In this document: positions 10,360 to 22,382 of the stretch, in pieces
How positions within the stretch are numbered: position 1 is the first letter of the stretch
How the letters are laid out: each line of letters opens with the position of its first letter
DNA from: Octopus sinensis
Taxonomy: Eukaryota
Length of the DNA: 64,000 bases
Reading direction: 5' to 3'
Assembly: GCF_006345805.1 (NCBI RefSeq)
Contig: NC_043007.1
Coordinates: 72,292,001 to 72,356,000, forward strand
The notes under the pieces: generated by a model
Told to the model about the DNA's origin: nothing
What the model saw: only the letters and a program-made list of their open reading frames with translations
Databases searched by the model: none
Position numbers and translations under genes: made by a program

Positions 10360-12125
10360 TTTTAGATTACTTAGATACGATTCGGCCGAAGTTGGCCCAG
10401 GCCATGTCTAATTTAATAGCACTACCTGGGAGAGATGCACAGTAAGCTCTTGGACACAATAGCCAATTCGAGCAGAGAATTAGTTTTCAGAAACATATCC
10501 GGGTGTGGTTGGTTTGCCTGGTATTTGTCGGAGGCAATCATCTAAGGACCGTTTGAATGCCGTGAAATCACTTCCTCCTTTACGTGGGCTGGCACGATGT
10601 TGAAGAGAGCAGGAACAATTGAGGTGAAATAGTTCTGTCATAGTGTTGTGATAGGATACGCGCATGATTTCTGTAGTGGACATATGGCACGTGGGCCAAG
10701 CCTCGAATGGATTTTAAAGTTGATACATATATCATTTGGGCAATGTTGATGGAATATTTTCCACATCATACAGATGATATAGCACTCACGGCGGCGTTGG
10801 AAGGAATTAAAGCCTGAGCTTTTTGAGTCGATCCCAATAATCAAAGCTTGTCATGTCATTTATTTTTGTGTGTGTGTGTGATTGATCCATGGAGAGCTTC
10901 AATTTTCACAATATTCTGTATCGTGCGGGGTAAGAGCGAGCAAAAGCAGAATAATGGTAGGGGCGTCTCTAGACCGGAAAGTCCTGAGGAACCAGGAGCA
11001 CGCCCTGCGAGCCATGTCAATTTTGCTGTTTATATGAGCACTCCGGGTTATTTTGTTGTCAACAGTAGCACCCAGGTCACTAGTTGGATGCCACGAAGGA
11101 AGAGTGTATGGTTGTTGGAATGCAGTCTCTTTACCGAGGCCAGGTTAACAATACTGGGATTGCTGAAAGCAGAGCAGTATTGTTTCTGCATAATCTCTGC
11201 AGTACTATGGAGAGTGTTGTCTTCCGAAATCAGAGGTCCGACAGATGAGATAGCGACCTTATGATTTTTGGCGAAAGAGAAGAAAACTTTGGGATTGAAT
11301 TTAATTTTCTGGACGGCCCACTTCTCCTCAGTTATTCTTTCATTGGTAATAACAGAATTGAAACAGTTTTGGAGATCAAATTTCTTTGATTCCAGTACAG
11401 CTACGTCTGACAGATGGGAGTGGTGCAGCTGGCAATATTTTAGCCCGTTGATTTTCTTATTTATTCTTTTTAGTTTTCTTATGAGCGCCTTTTTTATTTT
11501 TTTAGGCAGCCTGCATTTTGTTTTGTCCATAGACCGTAGTGGAATGTGGTGTGAACATATGTTTGTGACAGTGTCTACAAATAACTACCACGATGCAGCA
11601 ATGCTACTTGGGGAGAGAGAATCTGTGAAAGACCAATCAACGAGCGAAAGATTGTGGGCGATTTCCTTTCAGTTAGCCTTGTGGAGATCCAAGAGATCAA
11701 AAGGGTGAGCTGGTGCGTGATAGGTTTTTTTTTTTCTAGGCTGCCGAAACTTCAGACTACAAAGAATTATATTGTGGTCTGAGAGGAATTTTCTCCACTG
11801 CAATATCATAGATACTGTTTGTATGGTTACTTAACACTAAGTCCAGGATGTTTTTGTTGAATCTCGTAGGCACGACGAGCACGAGTTGAGGCAGGAAGAA
11901 TTCATTCACGAATTTGAACAGTGATTCCACTGCTGCTTTCTCTGGGGTTGAAATGCACACACTTGTTTTAGTGTATGTGTAGTCCAGTCAATACACGGGA
12001 AATTGAAATCATCCGTCATTAAAATGCCACTGGTTTTGCACTGGTTGATGAAAGACTTGGTTTTCTTGAGGCATTCATCGAAGCATAGTAGTGGCACTTG
12101 GGGGTGGCCTGTAGACCCCAATTAT
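10360..12125 (-). mobile_element. CR1-group LINE remnant (APE endonuclease, tether and C-terminus; RT core deleted)
   Basis: GVYRPP, ILMTDDFNFPCIDW, PTRFNKNILDLVLSN (APE); IKFNPKVFFSFAK..VGPL..QYCSAFSNP (tether); DLGATVD..ARRACSWFLRTF, DYWDRLKKL, QRRRE, FKRSLDDCLRQIPGKP (post-RT). Confidence 0.85.
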
Positions 12126-12262
12126 CACTAAGTGGTTTATTTTATTATGTACAGATAATAATTCACAGTAACCATTGGAGAATGAGATATCTGTATCTGC
12201 AGTAAAAGAACCGCGCAGGAAAACAGCAACAAAGTTTTTTCTTCTATATTCAACTCCACTAG

Positions 12263-12492
12263 GGCGGCGAGCTGGCAGAAACGTTAGCGCGCCGGACGAA
12301 ATGCTTAGCGGTATTTCGTCTGTCTTTACGTTCTGAGTTCAAATTCCGCCGGGGTCGACTCTGCCTTTCATCCTCTCGGGGTCGATAAATAAAGTACCAG
12401 TTTCGCACTGGGTCGATATAATCAACTTAATCCCTTTGTCTGTCCTTGTTTGTCCCCTCTATGTTTAGCCCCTTGTGGGCAATAAAGAAATA
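12263..12492 (+). mobile_element. SINE family B (tail type 1)
   Basis: Full head to tail; TSD TATATTCAACTCCACT on both sides. Confidence 0.9.
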
Positions 12493-12624
12493 TATATTCA
12501 ACTCCACTCTTTCACTCCCTTTAGAATAATGTAAGAGTTTCCAACAGCCATATTTTTGTGGATTATGCTTCTGATTGATTTTTTTGTTTTTTAACATCAT
12601 AAATCTTACGAATAAAAGCTAGCC

Positions 12625-12820
12625 TAGTGGTTAGGGTGTTCTACTTACGATCGCTGAGATCGGGGGTTCGATTCCCGGACCAGGCGACGCGTTGTGTTCT
12701 GGAACAAAGCACTTTATTTCATGATGCTCTGCGATCATTTCGACATTTGACGTGTGGCACACTTGCGCAACTGTACAGGCAACGTCTGATAGAGGGAAGG
12801 CGCTCGTGTACAGCACATAT
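12625..12820 (+). mobile_element. tRNA-derived SINE family D fragment
   Basis: TAGTGGTTAGGGTG..GGTTCGATTCCCGGACC A/B-box-like head; similar head at 33780-34020. Confidence 0.65.
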
Positions 12821-13074
12821 ATTTGATGACTCTAAACAGATCATTTTTGCAGGTCGTTCAGCAAAGAGAGAGCGCTCGTACGTCGATAATTTGTAGTATT
12901 TTCCAGACCTTTTATAGCTCACTCTTTCTTCTACGATCTTGTAGCCTTGATGGTAAATAATTATTTGCACTTAACATATTGGGTTTTTAGACTATTTGTC
13001 TAAGCCAGGCTTTCTTTCCTTTTACTTCTTCCTTTTGTTTATAATGTATGCTCTTACTTTTCACTCTGATGAAA

Positions 13075-13405
13075 ATCTGTTGCCTTAATTTCGAATGCCC
13101 GATCAACGGAACAGCCTACTCGTGAAATTAACGTTAAGGGTACACGTGTACCCTTAACGTAGTTCTGGGGAAGATTCAGCGTGACACAGAGTGTAACAAG
13201 GCTGGCCCTTTGAAATGCAGGTACAACAAAAACAGGAAGAAAGATTAAGAGAAAGTTGTAATGAAAGAGTACAGCAGAGTTCGCCACCCCGCCACCTCTG
13301 CCGGAGCTGCGTATGACTTCAGGTGTTTTCGCTCAATAAACACTCGCAACGCCCGGTCTGGGAATCGAAACCGCGATCCTACGACCGCGAGTTCGCTGTC
13401 CTAAC
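13075..13405 (-). mobile_element. SINE family C
   Basis: Reverse complement starts GGAGACGCAATGGCCAAGTGGTTAGGACAGCG..GGTTTCGATTCCC; the head matches 54400. Confidence 0.85.
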
Positions 13406-13500
13406 CACTTGGCCATTGCGTCTCCACATACTCATGATGTAAAAGGATAAAATTAATGAAAATTTTATTAGTGGCCAGCATATAAAAAAACCTAAAGACA

Positions 13501-13950
13501 TCGAAAAAAGTTTTCTTTGCCTATATGCTGAAAATAGACGCTAAATCGTGAAACCACGTTAAAATATCTTCAATATCATAATTACACACGTGTCGAAACG
13601 AGGGAACAAGTTAATAGGAATTCATAAATTTTAGTTATCTCTGGATCGGATCACTTTCTGGATTAGCCTAAAAAGGTTTTTCTTTCATCTGCTGATAAAG
13701 GAAAACAGGGTTATCCTTCATCGGCCATTGAAAGAAAAACCTTTTTAGGTTAATCCAGAAATTGGTACGATCAATCAAGGAGAAATCTTTTTAAGTTAAT
13801 TCAAAAATTGGTCCAATCCAGAGATTTATGAATTCCTGTTAGCATGTTTCCTCGTTTCGACACGTGTGTAATAATAATATTGAAGATATTTAACGTTGTT
13901 CGACATTTTAGCGTCTATTTTCAGCATATAAGCAAAAATATTCTCTTCGA
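13501..13950. mobile_element. Fold-back/MITE-like element with long inverted arms
   Basis: Arms of about 190 bp, e.g. GCTGAAAATAGACGCTAAA / TTTAGCGTCTATTTTCAGC and ACACACGTGTCGAAACGAGG / CCTCGTTTCGACACGTGTGT. Confidence 0.8.
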
Positions 13951-14269
13951 AGCCCTTATTTATAATTATAATTATATTTCCTCGTTGACAGGCCACTGGT
14001 ATTTACAGAGTGTAAAACACTTTCGGTATACAAATTAGGGACTCCTTCGTAGAGTAACTGCTGCATTTGTTGAGTATATAAGCAGTTTGGCTGCTTGTTT
14101 CTCTGGAGAGTGTCAGAATAACGTAGACGCCTCTGGTGGGAACCCAATAAGGTTCTAAAATTGATTAAGGTTGTTCATCATATTTTTTTCAGTCTGCGGA
14201 GAAATAGCTAAAATTTGTCTGCTTATAATTATACCATATGTTACATATTATTATCTCATACCTTTATAT

Positions 14270-14280
14270 ATGTGTGTATA

Positions 14281-14329
<49 letters not shown>

Positions 14330-14337
14330 ATATGTGT

Positions 14338-14379
<42 letters not shown>

Positions 14380-14505
14380 TCTTCCATGGAATCTGGATGT
14401 TTTGTTGTCTCTTTTTGTATCACCTAGTTGTCCGGATGTTTTGCGCTCTTGTCCCATCTGACACACACACACACACACACACTCACTCACTCACTCACTC
14501 ACTCA

Positions 14506-14579
<74 letters not shown>

Positions 14580-14590
14580 TATATATATCG
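14270..14590. repeat. Compound (TA)n/(TG)n/(CA)n/(CACT)n microsatellites
   Basis: Direct observation. Confidence 0.95.
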
Positions 14591-14964
14591 CGCACGTTCC
14601 GTGAGTATTTATTCAAGGCAAGCAGTTGGTGACGTGTATGTAGTAAAGCACACAGAAAAATAAACGAACCACAGGCGCGTGACTGAGCTGGAGGTAGAAT
14701 TACTTTTGCCTTTATAGCGCGTAAAGAAAACGTTGTTGCAGGAATGTACGCAGCACGTGTACTACAGCAGTACTATGCCTAGTTTTAAAACTAAGATTGG
14801 CAGGGGCGAATTGTGCCTATCTAATCTACAAAAATATATATATTTTGCATTGTATGCATAATAATCACAGTAATCTTCATAGTTTTAGGAAAATGTTACT
14901 ATCGATTTATTTCATTCAGGGTAGGCACTGCCTACCTTGTCTACCTAGGCGACACGTCCCTGAT

Positions 14965-14965
14965 A

Positions 14966-15051
<86 letters not shown>

Positions 15052-15137
15052 CATATACATATATATATATATATGCATACATATATATATATATATTATA
15101 TATATATATATATCTACATACATATATATATATATGC

Positions 15138-15170
<33 letters not shown>

Positions 15171-15197
15171 ATATATATAATATATATATATATATGC

Positions 15198-15268
<71 letters not shown>

Positions 15269-15277
15269 TATATTATT

Positions 15278-15308
<31 letters not shown>

Positions 15309-15310
15309 TA
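14965..15310. repeat. (CT)n-(TA)n-(TAT)n compound microsatellite
   Basis: Direct observation. Confidence 0.95.
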
Positions 15311-16199
15311 TTTCGACACAGAAAAGATGAAAGGCAAAGTCAACCTCGGCGGAATTTGAACTCACAACGTAAAATGCACGAAATGGCGCGCCAGCTCGCC
15401 GCCCTTTTTGTCACTTATGTATTATTAACAAAAGATAATAACTGCTTTAGAAAGGTAGTGAATCATACTTTCAGAACGATTTGCAGGCCAAGTGAAATAA
15501 CAAGGTGTACGTAGATACATACCGGGAATTATGATATTATATTTCATCTAACACACACTCACACAGATAATGGCCAACGGGCGTGTCCTTACAGTGTCGC
15601 TAGAAATTCTAGAAATAGTAGAAGAATCTCTGTGAAATAATACCCAACTATCTTTAAAAAAAGAAAGACATATTGATGGTCATGGCTGGAATGTTTATGA
15701 TAGTAGGTTTCTTTTTTCAGGGTTGCTCTGGAAAAAATAATATATATATCCTCTTTCTATTACGCACACGCCACACACACACACACACACACACACACAA
15801 CACACACACACACACACACTCTCTCTCACACACACACACACAAACAAACAAACGCACATTCTTTCGCATGCACACATTCATATACAAGACAAATTCAAAC
15901 TCAGTATAATGGAGAACGAGATAATTAAATGCGTAATCAACAAGGAAAACAACAGGCAAATAAAATAAAAGGGGAAATAAGAGGAGGAGGAAGAAGATGA
16001 TTATGGTGGTGGTGGTGATGATGATGATGCTCCTCTTCGGTATCCATACAACTCTGGCAGCTGTAAAAGACAGTTTTCCGTACAATATGCCAGGATTTGC
16101 CAACTAAATTGTTATCAGATATCCGAGTTAAGGAAAGATAATATAGACGTGACATCGAATCACTCGTGGAAAGTATTATTATTAATACTATTATTATTA

Positions 16200-16230
<31 letters not shown>

Positions 16231-16703
16231 GTTGCTGTTGTTGTGTTGTTGTTGTTGTTGTTGTTGTTATTCGAGAAAACCGTCCATACACATATACACT
16301 TACAGGCACATACGTACATTTTGCACCAAATCACTGCAATATAGTATGTGATATGGGCTTTCTTGCGGTGGTTGAAAGATTTAGCAGGAACGAATCTGCT
16401 TCTAACCCAGATGTTTAATCCTGCAAGTTTCAGTGAAGAAAAGATAATAATATTGACAGCGTATGACTCACATGGAATGGAACGTGCTTTCTGAAAAAGA
16501 AAATGTTTTGTGCGAGAATTTCACTCCAGACACTGAATTATAAATAAAGTAAAGGAATAAGGATTTATCTCAGCTGCAGAAACTCTTTATTTTGTTTGTA
16601 GGAGAACGTTAGACACAAATTACAGCCAGGTGGACTGAGCTGACACACGTTATGTCTTCTCAACAATGGATATAGGGCTTTTCTAGTATAGTTTTCCATT
16701 CAC

Positions 16704-17062
16704 AAGTGCTTTGCTGAAAAACACCATACGTCTCTCGGTCCAGGAATCGAAACCTCAATCTTACGATCATGAGCCCAACACCCTATTCCATTAAGCTATG
16801 CGCCTCCAAAAAATCCTTTGGCCCGAGGCTATAGTAGAAGGCACTTGCCCAAGTTACCACGCAGTGGCACTTAACTCAGTACCATGTTGTTAGGAAGCAA
16901 ACTTCTGATCACACTGCAGCTCTGAAGCCATAATGTTCATCATCACAAAGGATTTTTTGGAGGCGCATAGCTTAATGGAATAGGGTGTTGGACTCATGAT
17001 CGTAAGATTGAGGTTTCGATTCCTGGGCCGGGAGACGTATGGTGTTTTTCAGCAAAGCACTT
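16704..17062. repeat. Near-perfect 117-bp inverted repeat of a SINE head, 125-bp spacer
   Basis: 16704-16820 is the reverse complement of 16946-17062 with few mismatches. Confidence 0.9.
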
Positions 17063-17571
17063 CATTTCAGTATAGTTTCACTATAGTGATAGCTCTTCAT
17101 TCAACCTTGTGTGATTCTGCACACGCAAACGTATATACACACGAACACACACACATACACGCACACACAGACACGTGTTGGGAATCTTTTGTAAAGGTGA
17201 TACCCAACACCAGGATAGGCCGATTGCCCGTCTTTCCAGAAGCTGCCTTTTGTTTGCTTTTTAGGCAGGTCCGCCATCCATCGTCATCATGTTACTCATT
17301 TTTGTCAGCTGAGAGAAATGGAGCAACGTGAAATGATATTTTGCGGAAAAAATTCCACGTATCTCCCGGGCCAGGAATCGAAACTTCAGTGTTGCGATTA
17401 TGAATCCAACACCCTAGCCACTAAGCCATGCGCCTTCAAGGAATCCTTTGTTTCCAGAGTGGTGCAGGTGTTACTGTGTGGGAAGAAGTTTGCTTCCCAA
17501 CCACATAGTTCCGAGTTAAGTCCCACCCTTGTGGGTGGATTTAGTAGACGGAAACTGGATGAATCTTGTCG

Positions 17572-17627
<56 letters not shown>

Positions 17628-18298
17628 GCGTGTGTGTGTGTGTTTGTGTTTGTGTCTGTGTATCTTCACTACTACTGCTTGACAACTAGTGTTCCTATGC
17701 TTACGTCCCAGTAACTTAGTGGTTCGACAAAAACGCAACAGGCTTTCACAAAATATGGGACTGATTCATTCGACCAAAAAATTTTTCAATACGACGCCCC
17801 AGCATGACCGCAATCTAACGACTAAAATAAATTAAAGGGCGGATGTGTTTCGTACGGAGCGAATTGTTATATGACAGCTATGGCACGCGCTCAGTAATCG
17901 AAAGAGACGGGCCAAGATAATTGGTGGACAGGTCTAATCTGAAGCTGAGCTTTGGAGTAGATTTCCTTGACCTACAGACAGAATTAAGTTGAACCTTATA
18001 AGCTAAGTCCTACGTGGTTTAAGATAGAATTGTACAGTACAGTAATATAGACATTTGTCATCTACAGTGGCCTCTTGTCGACCAGAGCAGGGTGGAAAAG
18101 GTACTAGCTACTTGATGTACCGTGTCAAGGAATTTTAGTTAGTATTCAAGCCCTAATGCTGATAACAATCATTTCTTAACGGAAAAATTCAGTCCAGACT
18201 AGGCATGTGAAAATAAACCCGAATTTTTGTAAAACCAAAATTAATTAAACATGGAATTTAGTAAAGAATAAACATAATCTTTAGTTGTGCAGGGACAA

Positions 18299-18339
18299 CT
18301 TCGGACATGTTTCAGTCCTCTTAGACTTCATCAGCGAAG
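18299..18339 (-). ncRNA. Minimal type I hammerhead ribozyme, canonical core
   Basis: CTTCG-CTGATGA-AGTC-taagag-GACT-GAA-ACATGT-C-CGAAG. Stem I 5 bp, stem II 4 bp, palindromic stem III ACATGT, GUC cleavage triplet. Confidence 0.8.
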
Positions 18340-18839
18340 CAAAGGCTAATCATTACTTCAGACCTTAGGCGAAAAGAGACAGATTTTTTCCCGGGTAAAG
18401 GGGAAGTATGAAAGGCAAGAAATGTACAAAAGTCCATTAACGGACAGTTGTTTTCTTCATGAACTGAAAACCATCGTACAGTTTAACTCAACCACTTAAT
18501 CTCTGGGTATGTTTAGACTGTTGGCAACTGGGCCATCTCGCCAGTATTCACATAACTGTATTCTGTATACTCATAAATATCCCTACTGTTTCAGACGCTC
18601 CGAATAGAGCCACAAGAATTTATACTTCTCTTCTCATTAAACCATTGAATAGAATTCAATTGTTGATTAATTTATCGTAGTCACTGACATACCAGAGTTG
18701 TTTCTAACTTAGAATATTTACTTTCAGTAAAGTGGTGAGAGCCTCTCATACTATGCAATCCCTGTAATGTGTATCATAAAATAAAAGTTAAGCGATTGAG
18801 TTATATATATATATATATATATATATGTAATTAAGTTAA

Positions 18840-19035
18840 TCAGACATGAAAACACAAAGAGAAAACACAACAACGCGGGGACGTGGCACAAATATAGTAT
18901 TATTGGACGCTCAGGAAGGAGGGAAGAGGAAGGTTAACGTTTCGAGCGGAGCTTCTTCGTCAGAAACATAGGAAAAGGAAAGATCCAGAGAAGGAAAGAC
19001 GGAGGAAAAAAATCGCCAACGGTACACACGCGGTA
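18840..19035 (-). mobile_element. Short Penelope-like repeat with a degenerate hammerhead motif
   Basis: GTTT-CTGACGA-A-GAAGC-tcc-GCTC-GAA-ACGT-T-AACC at about 18932-18967, flanked by (TA)n. Penelope assignment is inferred from the hammerhead type. Confidence 0.45.
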
Positions 19036-19045
19036 TATATATATA

Positions 19046-19111
<66 letters not shown>

Positions 19112-19114
19112 TAT

Positions 19115-19148
<34 letters not shown>

Positions 19149-19192
19149 CATATGTATATATTATATATATATGTACATATATGTATATATAT

Positions 19193-19227
<35 letters not shown>

Positions 19228-19288
19228 CATATTATATATGTATGCATATATATGTACAGATATATATATGTATATGTATATATATATA

Positions 19289-19343
<55 letters not shown>

Positions 19344-19444
19344 ATATATTTGTAGAAATGGTAAGGCACAAAAGAATGAAAGAGACCTCGATATTATGTA
19401 AATAGAGGAATTTATCTGTAAATGTAATATGTGACATTTATTCG

Positions 19445-19631
19445 GTAGCCATGATAAAACTCTGAGTTTCAGTGTCGGGGTGGAATCCACACCGCCATCT
19501 CTTCCGTTATCCGGCCATCGGAAAAAAATGGTATGAAAATCATAGCATTTTTTCCGATGGCCGGATAACTGAAGAGATGGCGGCGTGGATTTCCACCCTG
19601 ACATCCGAAACTCAGAGTTTCATCAGGCTAC
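19445..19631. repeat. About 187-bp near-perfect hairpin
   Basis: GTAGCC..AAACTCTGAGTTTC..CCGCCATCTCTTC..CCGGCCATCGGAAAAAAATG paired with its reverse complement; the centre TATGA-AAA-TCATA also pairs. Confidence 0.95.
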
Positions 19632-20080
19632 GACAATTGATTACATATATTATCACATATATTACATTATATATATATATATATATATATTATTTGTTTC
19701 AGTCATTTGACTGCGGCCATACTAGAGCACCGTCTTTAGTCGAAGAAATCTACCCCAGGACCTATTCTTTACACGCCCAATACTTATCCTATCGGTCTCT
19801 TTTGCCGAACCGCTAAGTTACGGGGACACGTAAACTCACCAACATCGGTTGTCAAGCGATGGTGGTGGGGGCAAACACAGACACACAAACATACACATAA
19901 TATACCTCGTTGCAGTTACCACTAGCGTCAATAGTCGAAATATATATACCGGGCGGGGAATGCTGAAAGAGTCGAAGGACGTGGAAATCAGACGTAACCA
20001 CCAGAGGTGAAAACACCCAGGAAGTGGAAAGCAGAAGCAGAGACTGATATATGTATAATGTGTTTTGATATTATATATAT

Positions 20081-20129
<49 letters not shown>

Positions 20130-20164
20130 TCTATTTGGATGTTTTGCGTTCTTGTCCCATTTTG

Positions 20165-20223
<59 letters not shown>

Positions 20224-20479
20224 GTAGTATGTATGTATGTATGTATGTATGCATGCATGTATATAGGCCCCAACCAAACCCTGTGCCACACCAGGAAGGG
20301 CATTTCATCAAAAAACAATACTATGAAATGTCTGGTAAGACATAAGAGAATTTTTCATTGCGAGATTTTAGGGTTGAATCAGATAATCACTCCTGAAAGT
20401 CTACTGTCATTAACTTCAACGTTTGAAGACTGTTTTGGATAGAAAACATCCTGCATTAATAAACCACTGGAAGCGGTGG

Positions 20480-20764
20480 GAGTGGTTCTCAACCGGGGTC
20501 CATATAACCCCTGGGGGGGTCCATGCAAACAAAATAGTAAATTGGGACCTAGAGTCCAGGAAAAGTTTTGCTTTAGATGTATTTATTGCAAGAAACGGCC
20601 GTAGGTAAACCTAGACAAGTTAATGTGTGAAAAATAAAATGGGAATTTTGAAAGAAGTATCTATAAAAACAGTTTTTAAACATTGAGTGGTTGTGGGGGC
20701 ACACCCAAAATAGAATAGTACTCAAAGTAGTCCATAGATTTAAAAAAATAGCTGAGAACCACTG
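20480..20764. mobile_element. hAT (Charlie-like) MITE
   Basis: Terminal inverted repeats (g)AGTGGTTCTCA / TGAGAACCACTG; right flank ATCTAGAT resembles the Charlie target; left TSD not preserved. Confidence 0.55.
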
Positions 20765-21169
20765 ATCTAGATAATGCTCATACTCACACTGCACAAGTCA
20801 TTAAAAATGTTCTCGAATTATTCGAATCGAGAAAATGCTATCATCATACTTATCAGACCTCGCTCCATTAAACTTTCACTTATGTAGGTTATGCAGGTCC
20901 TTGCAAAACCGCATAGACAGGAAAAGTAGGGTTATCAAAGAAAGCAGAAAAATATATAAGCCAAGTAAAAGAACTTTACAAATCAGGCATTAAAAAAATT
21001 CTAAAAGTGAAAAGATAGAACGTGAAGGGAATTATAAAATTGATTAAATTCGCAGAAGTAAATATGTCTTTTTTTCACATACACTCTTAAAATAGAACTT
21101 ACTATACAATTTGATATTATATAATACAATATACTATGTCATACTATAATATGCATATGCTCTTTTACT

Positions 21170-21522
21170 CTTTTACTTGTTTCAGTCATTTGACTGCGGC
21201 CATGCTGGAACACCGCCTTTAGTCGAGCAAATCGACACCAGAGCTTATTCTTTGTAAGCCTAGTACTTATTCTATCGGTTTCTTTTGCCAAACTGCTAAG
21301 TTACGAGCACGTAAACACACCAGCATCAGTTGTCAAGCGATGTTGGAGGGACAAACAGACACACAAACATATACACACGCATACATATACATGCATACAT
21401 ACATAAATACATACATACATACATACATGCATGCATGCATGCATACATACATACATACATACATACACACACACATACACACACACACATACACAAACAC
21501 ACTCACACACACATACACACAC

Positions 21523-21576
<54 letters not shown>

Positions 21577-21700
21577 GACGAATTTCTTCCAGTTTCCGTC
21601 TACCAAATCAACTCACAAGGCTTTGGTCGGCCCGAAGCTATAGTAGAAGACACTTGCCCAAGGTGCCATACAGTGGAACTGAACCTGGGACTATGTAGCA
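21170..21700 (-). mobile_element. SINE family A with expanded internal microsatellite (head truncated)
   Basis: Family A tail and body flank about 230 bp of (TA)n/(CA)n/(TACA)n. Confidence 0.85.
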
Positions 21701-21904
21701 CACGCATGCAGCAATGCATACATACACTCATAGATATCACGCATACGCACAAGTGTAATACGTATATCTATCTATCTATCTATCTATCTATCTACCTCTA
21801 TATAGATTTTTTATTCTTTTATTCTTTTACTTGTGTCAGTCATTTTGACTGCAGCTATACTGGAGCACCGCCTTTAATCGAATAAATAACATATATATAT
21901 ATAT

Positions 21905-22190
21905 TATATATATTCACCTTCGAAACGCAGAGTAGATGAAACCATGGCGACTGAAGAAGGGGACTTTTCCTTGTGTTATTTGTTCTGTTCTCTATTTTTT
22001 CGTTATTTAAGAAAAATGTCCAGTTCTTTGGTTTTGTGTTTATGTTTTCGTTTGTCATTGTGTTCGACGTTTTTTTGGTGTCCTGTACCCATATATGCAT
22101 GCATATATACATGTAGAGGTAGGTACGTACATATATGTATGTATATATGCATATGTTTTATTTATTAATTTATTATATATATATATATAG
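21905..22190 (+). mobile_element. Repeat copy 1 (Penelope-like non-coding repeat); inverted copy at 27770-28135
   Basis: CCTTCGAAACG..GAGTAGATGAAAC..CTGAAGAAGGGGA..TGTTCGACGTTTTTTTGGTGTCCTGTACCC shared with 27770-28135 on the opposite strand. Confidence 0.7.
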
Positions 22191-22382
22191 ACGTTTACTC
22201 ATGCAAACAAATGTAACTCATACACATACGCGCATATAGTTCTGTAGATATGTATACGTCAATGTATAAACGAGATTATCATCATTTAAAGCAATAATTC
22301 GCCAATATGAAGTTATTCATGCAGATAAAAAAAATTCTGTAAACATAACCGCAGGAGTGGCTGTGTGGTAAGTAGCTTGCTT

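Noticed and set aside
14171-15514. YI/CV/HT-repeat ORFs here and throughout the window
   Set aside because: Translations of (TA)n, (TG)n and (CA)n microsatellites.
21910-21975. CGAAACG..CTGAAGAAGG as a hammerhead (also about 28060-28130, 28880-28940, 60540-60585)
   Set aside because: Core halves are present, but the required stem II-GAAA or stem I pairing cannot be formed in these copies.
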